From assembly GCF_035084215.1 (NCBI RefSeq), contig NC_090353.1, positions 7,440,001 to 7,504,000 of the forward strand: a DNA stretch of 64,000 nucleotides. The letters run 5' to 3'. The stretch comes from Heptranchias perlo (lineage: Eukaryota). Position numbers and translations under genes: made by a program. The notes under the pieces are model-generated. The model searched no databases. It saw only the letters and a program-made list of their open reading frames with translations, and was not told the origin of the DNA. This document shows, in pieces, positions 24,183 through 37,800 of this stretch; position 1 is the stretch's first letter; each line of letters begins with the position of its first letter.

Positions 24183-26354
24183 TACACATTACACAACTGA
24201 AAGATTCATATAACATATAAGATCAGACCATGTTTAAATATGCATAGATTTTACATATCTGGATGAGTTGGGGCATACGACATTCGTAAATATATAACCA
24301 TAATGTTTTACACATTTAGGCTCTGCTGTGTGGAAGCACAGTTGAGATCTTTCCTTGGCTGGTCACTGAAGGCCAAACAGAGTCAGTGTACAATGTTGAT
24401 TGGACATGGCTGGCAGTGTAAGCTGCACTCTGGTTTGGAGTTCACAGTCGGGTTGAATGGGAGGTCAGGGGGACAATGATTTTGTCACAACTTTCTGGAC
24501 ATAATCTTAAAATTAGAGCTAGGCCATTTAGGAGTGAAATCAGGAAGCATTTTCTTACACAAAGGGTGGTGGAAATTTGGAACTCTCCCCCTAAACCCTG
24601 TTGATGCTGGTGGACAGTTGAAATGTTAAAGACTGAGATCGATAGATTTTTGTAAGGGTATCGAGCGAAATGGAACAAAGGAGGGTAAAGTTGAGGTACA
24701 GGTCAGCCATGATCTAACAGAATGGCGGCACAGGCTCGAGGGGCTGACTAGCCTATTCCTGTTCCTATGGTATGCTGGAGCGGAACTTGTGCAGATGGGG
24801 GTAAAGTGTCCCTTACATTTTGGTGCTTTACCTCCTACAAGTCCCGTACCCGTGTTCCTCATTCAATAATGGCTAAAGGTCCCACAGCTGTTTTGACCAT
24901 TTGTTTGTGGTGGGAGGGGTTGAGTTGCACTCCAACTGGGGTACGCACCTTCTGGCTAGGAGTGAGCCTTTGGCTTAGTGGGAGCATTCCTGCCTCTGAG
25001 TCAGGAGATGCTGGGTTCAAACCCCACTCCAGATGGTCCTGGAGACTGGAGCTCTGAATCCTGGGTGATACTGATGCCCGGTGGGTGTGGAGGCCCCCCT
25101 CGAATGGGTTGAGGGAGTCCATAAAACCCTCCTGCCATATAGGACTAACCCCCCCCATCCCCATCATCAGCTAGTATAACGATGGTTACGGCCACGGAAG
25201 GAGTGTTCACGTCCCGGCCTGTCAGACCGTTAATCATCCTGTGAATCTTTCCACTGTTGCACACTCTCTCTCCAAGAGAAGACTGTGAAGATATGAAAAC
25301 TACCACAACTTTCTAGCTGTGAAAACTGTACAGTAAAAGCTGGAAATACAAAGGAAGTCCATCAGCACATGAAGAGAGAAAAGGTAGGTTGATTCAGATG
25401 GGGATTCTGGGCTTATTAACCTCTTCATTGTGCTCTTTGTACATCTATTTCCAGGACACATGCAAAGACAAAGGGGGCAGAGATCCACTCTGGTCATGCG
25501 TTATGCTTCATTAGTCTTGTTGTCAAACCTGGGGTCCCCCGTTTCTTCCCAAAACTGCTGCCGGACGTTAAAGGCAACTTCCACAGGAGCAAAAATACAC
25601 GCGGCTAAACTCCCCCCAAAACAACACTGCACCTTTATGGGCTGCACCAGGTCCTCCCCCTAATGGTGCGAGTTCAATCGCAGGAGCTCGGTGCACCCAG
25701 CACAAGCCCACAATATCTAAATCACCTGAACCTGGAGTTACAGGTGGATTCAGATACGATCAGTTCAGGCACAGTCCTGGGGAACTCTGTCCATCTTGTG
25801 TTTGAGTAGAAGGAGGAGAGGCCCCTGTTGGCCAGAAAGGGAGAGGCACTTTTTAACCTCAATCCTATCTTTTAATTAAAAAAAAATCCACTCAGGTTAT
25901 TAAGTCATTGACCAACAATCTGTTGTTTCCCCCTCCCCCCCCCTCCATGATTGTTCACCTCATCTTTTTGGATCTGACAGTGTCTCTACTCAGAACGGAA
26001 ACCTATTTTTCTCTTCGGGTGTTGCTGGAGTCATTGTGTAATTCCACCTATTTTTGTTTTAGACTTCCCCCATTTGCAGTGGGTTTTTCTGTGCAGTGTG
26101 GACAGCAAACCAGTGGGATTTTAAAAGAGCTTCAGACAATGGAGAGACCAGTCCGGGCAATTGTGACTGCCAAGAATTTCTATCAGGAAGCAGTGGGTAA
26201 TGGGGCAGGCAGCAAGTCTAGGAAATGACCTGAATCGTGGCCCTTTGACCATCACCTCTCGAGATCGATCTGGGAGAAAGTGCTAGAATTGGGAGTATTT
26301 TTTCCTGGGATGAGACTGTTGTGCTGGTCTTACTTTATTTCAGGTGAGTATGGG

Positions 26355-26810
26355 ATAACAAGAACTTACATTTCTATAACACCTTTAATATAGTAAAACA
26401 ACCCAAAACACTTCATCGGAGCAATTATCATAATTTGACAGAGTCACAAGATATTAAGACCAAAAGCTTGGTCAGAGGTAGGTTTTAGGGAGCATCTGAA
26501 AGGAGAGAGATTTAGAGGGAATTCCAGAGTTAGGCCTAGGCAGCTGAAGGCAGGGCCAATGGTGGAGTGAAGGAAATGGGGGATGTGCAAGAGGCCAGAA
26601 TTGGAGGAGTGCAGAGATCTGAGGGGGAATGGAGGCAGTTACAGAAATGGGGAAAGTTGGGTTGGGGGGGGGGGGGTTGTGAGATCATGAAGGGATTTGA
26701 AAACAAGGATGAGCATTTTAATATTGAGGTGTTGCCAGACACAGAAGAAATGTAGTTTAATGTGTGCAGGGGTGATTAGTGAACAGGACTTGATGCAAGT
26801 TAGGATTCAT
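26355..26810 (-). mobile_element. L2-like LINE 3' fragment
   Basis: acaagaacttacatttctataacacctttaatatagtaaaac..cctaggcagctgaaggcagggccaatggtggag; reverse match to 61490-61915. Confidence 0.72.
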
Positions 26811-28859
26811 CAGGAGTCAAGGGCATCTGCCCAGAGTTCAACTGAACCTTTGGCTGATGGTGATTGCATGAATACATTTGTTACAACAATAAGCAATCAT
26901 AGTGACTCAGTTGTTTCATCGTTAAAGCCAACAGAATCTAACTAATCAGCAGATTGTTATAAACAGTTGATGTTGGGATGTTACTGTAATTGTGGACTTG
27001 TTTTAAATAATTTAATCTTTCACTGAAGTTTAAAATAAATGAGCAGTTGCATTATCCTTTCTAGGGAGATTCAATGTTCTTGTGTTACGCTGCCCAGCCA
27101 TATTGGATGTTTATTCAGTTGAAGTGGTATAATCCTTTTATAGCTAGTGTGCAAAAACATAACAGTAGAGATGCTGGTCAATGTTGAAGGGGCTACTAAA
27201 ACATCTGCCCAATACTAATGGAAGAGGAGGAGAGAATAAACCTCAAGAAACTGGTAAATGTGGTGAAGTAAGAGTTTAATAAACATCCAGTTGGGAAGTT
27301 ATTAAAATTGGAATGTGTGTCTATAGCTGGAGGAGTAAAAGGACAGGATTTTACTGAGTGGAACACCAGCCTATTATAGTCTCCATTGACTACACTGGCA
27401 CCATCTTACAATGGGCTGCTTTGACTAAATCCAATGTTGTATAACTAGGGTACCAACTGTCCCAGAAACAGTCCTACCATGAGATTAGTTTGCTCTCACT
27501 GTCCTTGCCTCAACTTCCCGAACAAACGAAGCAATTAAAAGCCAAGCATAGGAGGGAAAAACAGCAACTTCAAGCCCTGAAAAGATGTGGCAAATCTTGT
27601 AACTATTAGAAGCAGCTACTTCAGAATGCCTCCATTTTTAATCCTATTATCTGTTGTGGCAAACTTGACTAAATTTCTACTGATATTCATCCATTATAAC
27701 CACAGAATAGCCATACAGTATATACAATGGCAAAGTTGCCCTGGAGTCAGGAAGGGCTGATCACAATGAAGCTGTAATTAATAGAAATCTGCAGTCATGG
27801 AGCATAGATCAGAAAGTCAAGTTAGCAAAGAAATGAACTATTTTTTTTTTATAAACAAAGGGCTTATGATTTAATTATAAAACACTTGGTGTTGTCAAAA
27901 ATTTACACAGGATTACAGTTCAAAACAAAAAAAAGTGTCTTTTTAACATTAGATTGTACATTACTCAGCTGCATTTTGACTGACTGAACTTGGGTCCCAC
28001 ATCTGAAGGGAGAACCCATGTTCCAAATATCTTTACACTGACTCGATGGGCCAAATGGCCTTCTTCTGTGCTGTAACCTATGATTCCATGACATCAGGCC
28101 TTGAAAAAAAAAAATCCATAAAACAGACCATTGTGGAGGTGCACAAGGTGAACAGGATTGATTAGCAGTTATGTGAAGAATGCAGGAACAAGGCTCAGTA
28201 TCACCCAATGAGGTTCCAGTTGTATCTCCAATGTCTAGGCTATCTCAATTATTGGGGACAGTGCAAAGGGTCACCACATTGACAGATTGTCCATTGATCT
28301 AGTGCCATCTGCTGCACACTTTATTGGCTGGTTCCTAACTGGAGATTCTAGTGAAGGCACATATGTATAAATTGCATTTTACCTATCAGGCAGAAACTAG
28401 GGAGAGATTAAATTGTGGGCATTCAAAAGAATCAAAAAAGTGACTTGGCCTGAGGTGCACAGTTCCAGTCTCAAAAAAGGAAGCAACATGTCACAAGTTG
28501 CTGATGTTACATTTTTCCAGTCTGAAACATTCTCTGTCTTTAGAGGGATTATCTGATTAAGACTTGTGCATCTTTTCAGGTCTCTGTATAAGCCTTCATC
28601 TTATTCCAAGGATTGAGGCTTTAAGACTTTCTATAGGTTTGACTAAAAGAAACCTTCTCTAAACTACAAGAGGAATTCAGATTCTGTAACAGCACCAAAC
28701 CAGTTGCACAGGAGATGAAACAAACACTCTTCAGCAGCATTCTCTGTTAAATAACCATTTGAAATTAAGTATACCCTAGCCATTAGTGAGTCCATTCTCA
28801 AATCATTACTGGCCAGTGTATATAAAGTTATGATTTGAATTGTGCCAATATTTCCAATG

Positions 28860-31800
28860 CTATCTTCCAGAAGAGGCTCCATCATTCAGTGACATATAGA
28901 CTTTGTGTTTGTTGTACAGGCAATAATGCTGCACCAAGAAGACAACATCAAACAACATGGAGATCAGTCCAAGACCAAACTTTGTTGGGTCTCCAAAAAT
29001 CAGCATCCACTCATCTGGAACAAAAAGCAAAGTAGACTTGTTCAGCAAACAACTCTGCTCATCATCCAATGATTTCAGGTACACCATCAGCTTAAAGCAA
29101 ATGTCAGTCTATATTTCACATCTAGACCCAAATAGAGGACAGGATCAGAGCAAGAAAGGCAAAAATAAATGGAGGGAGGTAACTTTAATCACTCAAGTGA
29201 TCACTGGCCCAATGTTCATAGGAATGAAAATATCATTCCTAGTTCTACAATGGGTTATCTGCTCTGCCAGTTCACCACCCAGTGAAGGTGAAAGCTAACC
29301 CCCCCCAGGGTGCCCAATCCTGATCACTATTGAGACTCCCACATGAGGGCACGAGGTGAGGACAGGCCAGAGTTTGGATGTGACATCCTTTCCATTTGCA
29401 CAAACCTTCCAGCAGTCAGTCAAGACTCCAGAATAATGGACACTTGGTCAAAATACCAGAGGGCAACCACCTACAGCACTACCTCAGTGAATGAGTCAAA
29501 TCTTTCAAATGAGAGGGGCAGGGGGAGGCAGTTACTGGAGCTACAAAAACAATAGGTTTTCTTTTTGGACAGGAGGCCTCTAAGGTGCTCCAAGTTCTGC
29601 AAGGCAATGGCTTATTTATCATGCACTAAAATACATTTCCAATATGGAGCCAGGTCCTCAGACACTTGGGATACAGTTTAAGCTCTACACCTTTCCAGGT
29701 GAGGAACAGAACATTCCAGTCCCAGGTTGGTATTGTAATGAAGGAACACGTCATACTCAAGATGAGTCAAACTTAATGCCCTACATCAGTTTAAAAAAGG
29801 AAGTATGGCTTTAAAAGTGACTAAATTGCATCTGCACTCTCTGATCCAGTTACTCCCTGCCCTCAAACTCTGCTTTACAATGCGTACACTTGGCCTAGTC
29901 TGTGCAATGCCACAGGAGATTGACGAGCAAGCATTTATTTACAAGTTGACCATCACATGGTGCCTTACCATTGTTGTAGGATTGCAAGAACATCTGCAGA
30001 AGGCTGAAAATGCCTCCAGTAAAATCCAGCAGCGCATTCCAAATGCACCAACCAATTGTGCTCTTCCTCCGGTAGTTCATGTAGGCCTGGAAAAAAAGGC
30101 TGCAGTGTGACCAGACCATTGAAGCTGCTAACCTTGAGGTGAGGGTCTCAAATGCTGCCATCATTTTTAATAAATGGACAATGCACAGTGATGGCATAGT
30201 GTACAAGAGAGGATGGCCCACAAGTGAAGGTGCATCTGTGCACATCTCATTGTACAGACATTTGGGTCTTATCTTCACGAGTTGTGTCATTCTTGGAATG
30301 TAGCTCATCCCCAATAATGGGTCACAGGACAGTGTCCCTTTAGGGAATCTGGCTCATGATCTTCCATTTAGCAATTTCTGCACTGCAATCTGGTGCCCAT
30401 TTTGCACTGTAACTTTAACCAGAGGAAGGACTGTATCTGGGTTGGTGCCAGTTGAAAGAGCAAGGGGACTATCCATATCAAATCAGCAATGAACCTGGCT
30501 TTCTAGTGGCAGCAAAGCGAATGTCAAATTGGCTCTGGGGCATTATCCCAGTAATCCCTTTGAATGAGGTTCAGAATCAAGAGCAGCAAGTCTTCTCCAA
30601 AGGGAGGGAGCTTTGATCAGACATTAAAGAGACTTTGGGTTAACTCCATTAATTCAATTTCAAGACCACCCTCCATCTCATTTTTATACTGAAGGCAAAC
30701 CTCAAAATGGCCCATTATCACCACAGATGGCTGATGGACATGAGAAATTAACACAGAACATATATGTTTGACAAAAGCCATCTTCAGGCCCACATATTTC
30801 ACCTAGTGTTTGAAAACTTAACTGTTCCCCACACGAGAGAATGTCCTGTTGCCACTGATAACCACCCCCTATTGAACAGGAAGGCTGATGGTGGGGGTGG
30901 GGGGTGGAGGGAGGAGATGGCATGTTTATTATCCCTCTTCAAGATTGGAACAACTTAGTGAGACCTTCAGGATTTTGTGTGTTAAAGAATGAACTTTCAT
31001 TTATATAGCACCTTTCACAACCTCAGAACATCCTGAAGCACATTTGAAGTGTAGTCACTGTTGTAATGTAGGAAACAGCAGTGAAATTCCACATAGCAAA
31101 GGTTCCACAAACAGCAAGGTGATGACCAGATAATCTGTGTGATGTTGGTTGAGGGATAAATATTCACCAGGACACTGGGGAGAAATCACCTGCTCTTTGA
31201 AAAAGATTCTTCCATGGCACTGTTTCATCCACCTGAGGTCAGTTTAACATCTCATCCAAAAGACAGTACCTCTGACAGTGCAGCACTGAAGGGTCAGCCT
31301 AGATGTGCTCAAGTTACTGGAGTGGAGACTTGAACCCACAATCTGACAAAGTGTGCGACCCACTGAACCACAGCTGTCACCTATATCCACATGGCTGGAT
31401 TAACTATAAAGCTGTCTGCTCATTGCATTTAAATCTGCCATAAGGTTATGTACAAGCACCACCCAGACCCTTACCTGAGGGACATATTTGACAAGCACGA
31501 TGCCCAATTTGATGTAGGAGAAATAGTAGAGGAGTTGGAGCCATGTAATTTGATCAGCTAGAGCCATGATGAGAACGATAAGGGCAAACAGCCATGAGCC
31601 CACCAGTAATCCAGTAGCAAACTGGGACACTTTCTGTGCCCCTCGCTGTATCACAGTAAAGAGAAAGAATTCAAATTAATGAGTATCCCAAATGAAGAGG
31701 TTGCATAAACAAGCTGAACTTAAAATGAAACAAATTGCAAGATGGTCAAAATTGCAGAAAAGATCAAGAGTGCAGTTAAAAACCAAGTTTGCATAAATTA

Positions 31801-34800
31801 TCTAAATACTCAGCTGTAAACAGACAAATGCAAAAAAAAAGTTGCACATGGGACAAAAATAAGTGCTCTATACAAATGGATTGGATTGGGACTCTGACTC
31901 AGACCTAGGGGACAAGAGTGGACATGTTTCTGGCAATGTCTAAACAGTGGGGAGGCAATTAAGACACACACTAACAGAAGGCTGGGAAATGTATATAAAG
32001 CCAGAACAGGGGTGTGAAGGTTGGATGAGTTTATTCAGACTGTTAAGTGCACTGGTCAGATCACATTTCAGATTATTCTAGTGCATTAAATTATGATGTA
32101 GCATCAGGTGCAGAAATCAGTACCAAGAATGGTTTCAATATTAAAAAAGACATCTTATTGGGCAAAACTCAATTTCTACAATCCAGGAGAAGGCAGTAAA
32201 GGGGCAGGGTGGAGAGACCTGTTTGAAGTAGTTGGGACTGGATAAAGCAATTCATGATCACTTTAAGATGAGTTGTCAATGGACCAGAAATTAAATATAA
32301 AACAATTGAAAAATAAAAGAACCTTCATGCAAGACAAGTTCATAAATGTCTCCAGTAATGGCCCAGACAAGGTGGTAGAGATAGAGTTTAGGCATTGGAG
32401 GAGAAAGTTAGACTACTCGATGAGTCCCAATGGGTCAAATGGTCTTATCTAGTCCAACTATAAGAGTGTTCTTAAGTCTCTAACTTACACTAAACAATTG
32501 CTCAAATGGGATCACAGCACTGGAGATACTGACCTCGTAGATACAACACTGCCAGATTGTAATTGCTGTTAACAAGATAGCATGGAGGCTGAAAAAGACA
32601 TCGTTTGCTTCCACTGGGTTCACTCCTTCTGGATTACGCTGGAGAAATTGGTTCTGGAAAGACAGATTTCGGGGACTGGGTTAAAGTCAGAAAAAGTGCT
32701 CACCAACATGCATTTTATAGGACACTCAACATCAGTGGCCACAAGTGTCCAACTCAGATATGGCCACAAAGAATGACCTGGATCCTCCTGCTGGCACATC
32801 AAGACTGGAACCTATTCCCTGGTCACCATGCTTGACGCTTCTGTTTAAGGGCTTTGCCCCTCACAGGTATAGGTAACGAACAGGATCTCCTTGCACCACA
32901 CAAATGCATCTTGTACCTGCTCACTGGACCAATTTCTCCCATTATGAAAACTGCAAGCTTCTGTTTTCAGATATCCACACCCAGGTGTGTCTTCAAAGCA
33001 ACAATGCATTGGCAACAACTCAGCTTGATATTCTACATGACCTTTGAGAGCTTTGCATGAGTAACTTTCCAAAGCTTACTCATCACTATTTTATATACAA
33101 TTGCTGTGGTCTATCCATTAGGGCATTAACTTCAGTTACTTCATCAAATGGAGCACCAGCAGGATTCTTCATTTAGTCAGAAGTATGTAGAAATCATAGG
33201 TTATAGCATGGGAGCAGGCCATTTGGCCCATCAAGTCCATGCCAGCTCTATGCAAGAACAATCCAGCTAGTCCCACTCCCCTGCCCTATCCCTGTAGCCC
33301 TACAAATTTTCTTCCTTTCAAGTACTTATCTGGTTCCCTTTGAAGGCCATGAGAGAATCTGCCTCCACCACCCCCTCGGGCAGTGCATTCCAGATCCTAA
33401 CCACTCACTGTGTAAAAAAAGTTTTTCCTCATGTCACCTTTGGTTCTTTTGCCAATCACCTTAAATCTATGCCCTTTGGTTCTTAACCCACCAATGGAAG
33501 CAGTTTCCATATTTACTCTGTCTAGACCCTAGATGTGCTTACCTTGATACTGATCAAGATAGAAACCAGCATCTCAATAGTGGCAAATAGGACCTCTGTC
33601 ATCCTGGAACACAATGGGCCTAGTTATCTGCCAAGGGCAGTGACTGTAGACTCAGTATCACAAGTGGTTTAAAAGACATGTTGATGATTTAGCACCAGGT
33701 CTGAAGGCAAGTCATTTGGCACCCAATGTCCTCAAATTATATTGATATTTGGGGAAAGGAGTGGAGGGAATGAATGGCTGGTTTGCTCCAAAATCACAGA
33801 TCTGTGTGGCCATGTACAGCACGTGCCAGTTGTACAAGGCTAGATCAGCAGGAATCAGTGTTGCAATTAACTCCAGACTGCAGGAGGAGTCAGCTTCAAA
33901 AAAAAGGCTGCAATGGTTTGTTCTGAATCCCAAAAACAAGAATCTGCCTCCACCACCCCCTTGGGCAGTGCATTCCAGATCCTAACCACTGTGTGGGTTG
34001 GGGGGGGAGGGGGGTAAAAAATGAAATTTTTGCTCTTAAACCACAACTACTGAATGGTGTTTTCTTGTCATTGCAACACTCCCTTCCAGTCATTTGGATT
34101 CCTGGGATTATAGTAAGCAGCCCAGGTTGAAGAGCTAGCATTAGTGCAGACTCCAAACAACCAAATATCCACCTTCTGTAATTCCTATGAATCCATGCTC
34201 CATTCACTATGACAAGTCAACATCACGAGGCATATGGGCACCAATTCAAAACTTTACCTTAATATAAGGAATCCAGAAAAGGCCAATGTTAAACACTCCA
34301 TACGCCAAGTGACCAGTCAGATTCAGTGCCAGGAAATCAAAACTCAATCCGATCACACTATAAAAGATCAGAAATACATCACTGAGCAGGCCATAGGATG
34401 ATGAGCACAGAATGGCCATTCGGCCAATCAAGTCAGTACTTTGAAAGCTGTCCAACTGGTCCCACTCCTGCTCCTCCCCATAGCCCTGCAAATTCTCCCC
34501 CCACTTGCAAGTATTTATCCAATTCATGTTTGAAAGTTATTATTGAATCAGCTTCCACCACCCTCTCAGGCCATGCATTCCAGATCATAACGCATTGCAT
34601 AAAGAGGTCAAAGAGCACAGGCTAAATAATCTTTAAATAGACCCAGTACGGGAGTACAAATGTACTGAACACAATCCCAGTCAGCACCACAGGCATTGTC
34701 TGTAGTGAAGACCATTGCACCTTGAGGGATGTCTGGAACCATTTTACCCCCATTAAAAAAGGGGCTGGCCACTTAGTAACCAAAGAAATGGTCATCCAAA

Positions 34801-37800
34801 GTCAAAAATGCCCCTCTAGGTTAAAGGGGAAACTCAACCCCTGGACACAGGTGGTTCAAAAAACCTAGATGTACCAGTGGTTTGTAAGTTAATAACTGCA
34901 GACCTGAGTGGGATACAGCAATTACACTCAATACCTTAAAGGCATCAAGTTGCACACAGGTTAGGCTTCAACAGCAAGTACAAAAAAATAATTGAAAAGG
35001 CTAATTGAATATTGGCCTCCATCTCAAGGGGGCTGGGAATAGAAAGGGGTAGAAGTCATAACAAGCTCTGGTTAGACTATCTGGAGACTGGTCAGTTCTG
35101 GGCACTAGACCTCAGGAATAATATATTGGCCCAAGGGTGCAGAACAGGTTCACTAGAATGATACTGGAGCTAAAGGGTTAAATGAGGACAGGTTGCATAG
35201 ATGAGGCTTCTAGTCCCTTGAGTATAAAAGATTAAGGGGTGTTTAAGATTATTTAAAGGATTTGATAGGGTAGAGAGTGAAATTATTTCCTCAGTGAGAG
35301 TCCAGAACAAGGGGCATATCCTTTAGAGCCAGGCTGTTCAGGAGTGAAGTCAGGAAGCACTTCATGCAAAGGGTAGTGCAAATCTGGAACTCTCCTCAAA
35401 GAGCTTTTGAGATTGGGGGGGTGGAGATTGAAAATGTTCATAACAGATTGGTAAGGGTATCAAGAGTTATGGAACCAAGATGGGTAAATGGAGTTATGAC
35501 AGATCAGCCATCATCTGACTGAATGATGGAATAGGCTCAAGGGGCTGAATGGCCTACACCTGTTCCTAGGGCATCTATAATGTCCCTGTGCTTGTAAAAA
35601 GAAGCATCTTCTCCAACCCACTGAGTAACAGCATCAGTTAATATGAAATTTGACCCAGTCAGTCACTTAATCCACTGAGCTCAATCGTCCTCAAAATCCC
35701 AGCTCCACTTGCAACTTATGATCTATTTGTACATAGCATGTATTGAGCTTACATCATGTCCTGCAACTCTAAGCAACATTGTGAGGGATCCACCAGTACA
35801 CAGGGTCTATGAGTCAGCATATTCCAGGACAACCTGGACATTAAACTCCAGTGAAGGGCTGAACAGGAATTTAAATGTTCGGTTTCATGAGCCCAGAAAC
35901 AGTCCCCTATCTTTCTCAGTATCACCATTTACAATTACCCAGAGCACTGGCCTTTACCTTTTACGCCTCCAGTTTTCAAGCACCTGTGGGTAGAAGGAGA
36001 TGGACCAAGCCAAGAAATAAATCCAACCAATCGCCTGGTTTATTGTCTTCAGGGCACTGCTGTGCACCACAAGAAAACGAATTCGCACTGGAGTCCTACA
36101 AAACAATTCAGGCCATTAAGAGGGGGATTGGCAATGAAGGGACAGAGCCAGGCCTAATTAAGTTACATGCAATTTAAGTAGCAACACAAAAAGGTCCCAA
36201 ACTATGGGCCTGACGTTATTCAACACAATCTTACCATCTGAATAAAAAAAACCACGCAGATCCCATTTAGTCAGCAGGACAAGGATTGTGACGAATTAAG
36301 TCTTTTGCCTCGTTTAAGTTTGGTTGTTGGTCCATTCAATCGGGTCACAATACATAAAAACAGTTTAAAAGCCAACTGCAGGAATTGTGTATTGGACCCC
36401 TTAACCTCTTCATCCACATATAGCATTTTCCCCATTAATGTTACTCCCATCCCTTGTTTCTCCTCCCAATATTTATTATATCACTTCTCTACATTAAGTT
36501 GTAGATGTCACTGCCACCTATCTGGCCACTCTACTGGCCTGTAGGCACTTCTGAAGTCTTCTACATCCATCTTGCAAATTTGCTGCCACATTTCCTCTTA
36601 CAAAAAAATTAGGCATATGGTGCAATGAGTCTCCTGTGAGGCATCTTATTGAATGCCTTCTGAAAACCCATAGCAACCATATATAAACATCTACTGCATT
36701 CACTTAGCCATCCAACTGGTCTCTTCAAAAAACAAGAACACTTACACTTGTCAAACATCAGTGGCCTTTAACAAATCCATGCAGGATGTCCTTGATTAAC
36801 CCATGCATTTCTAAATGCTCCCTAATTAGAATCCATAATTTGAGATCCAAGAGCTTGTCATAACTGACAATAGCTGGCCTATAGATACCTCATGTATCCT
36901 TCTTTCTTGGAGATGTTAGAATCATAGAAAGGTTCCAGCACTGAAGGAGGCGATTCGGCCCATCAAGTCTGTGCCAGCTCAATGCAAAAGCAATCCAGCT
37001 AGTCCCACTCCCCCACCCAATCCCTGCAATTTCCCCCCCCCCCCACTTCAAGTACTTATCCAGTTCCCTTTTGAGGGCCATGATTGAATCTGCCTCCACC
37101 ACCCCCTCAGGCAGTGCATTCCAGATCCTAACCACTGTTTAAAAAAAAGTTCATGTCACTTTTGGTTCTTTTGCCAATCACCTTAAATCTATGTCCTCTG
37201 GTTCTTGACCCTTCTGCCATTGGGAAGAGAGTTTCTCTATCTAGACCCTTCATGATTTTAAATACCTCTATCAAATCTCCTCACAACTGTCTGTTCCAAG
37301 GAGAACAACCCCAGCTTCTCCAGTCTAGCCATGTAACTAAAGCCCATCATCCCTGGAATCATTCTAGTGAATCTCTTCTGCACCCTCTAAGGCCTTCACA
37401 TCTTTCCTAAAGTGCAGTGCCCAGAACTGGACACAAAACTCCATTTGTGGTCAAAACAGTGTTTTATAAAGGTTCATCATGACTTCCATACTTTTGTACT
37501 CTATGCCTCTATTTATAAAGCCCAGGATCCCATCTGCTTTTTTAAAAAAAAAACTGCTTTCTCAACCTGCCCACTTTAACAATTTGTGCACATATACCCC
37601 CAGATCTCTAATCCTGTATCCCTTTTAGAATTGTGTCCTCTAGCTTATATTGCCTCTCCTTGTTCTTCCTACCAAAATGTATCATTGCATTTTTCTGTTA
37701 AATTTTATCTGCCTATGCCATTAGCCTGTCTACATCACCAACTCCTAGGGAACACCACTGTACACCTCCCTCCAGTCCAAAAAACAACCAACCATTCACT

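Noticed and set aside
24960-25030. tRNA gene (A/B-box-like sequence)
   Set aside because: Matches the tRNA-derived head of the DeuSINE family; no full cloverleaf is evident.
26080-26350. Exon-like plus-strand segment ending in CAG|GTGAGT
   Set aside because: All three frames contain stops and no recognisable protein; a non-coding exon cannot be supported without RNA data.
36080-36095. Alternative CTNS acceptor ctccag| 8 nt inside the exon
   Set aside because: It breaks the reading frame; only the upstream ttttgtag acceptor keeps phase 2.
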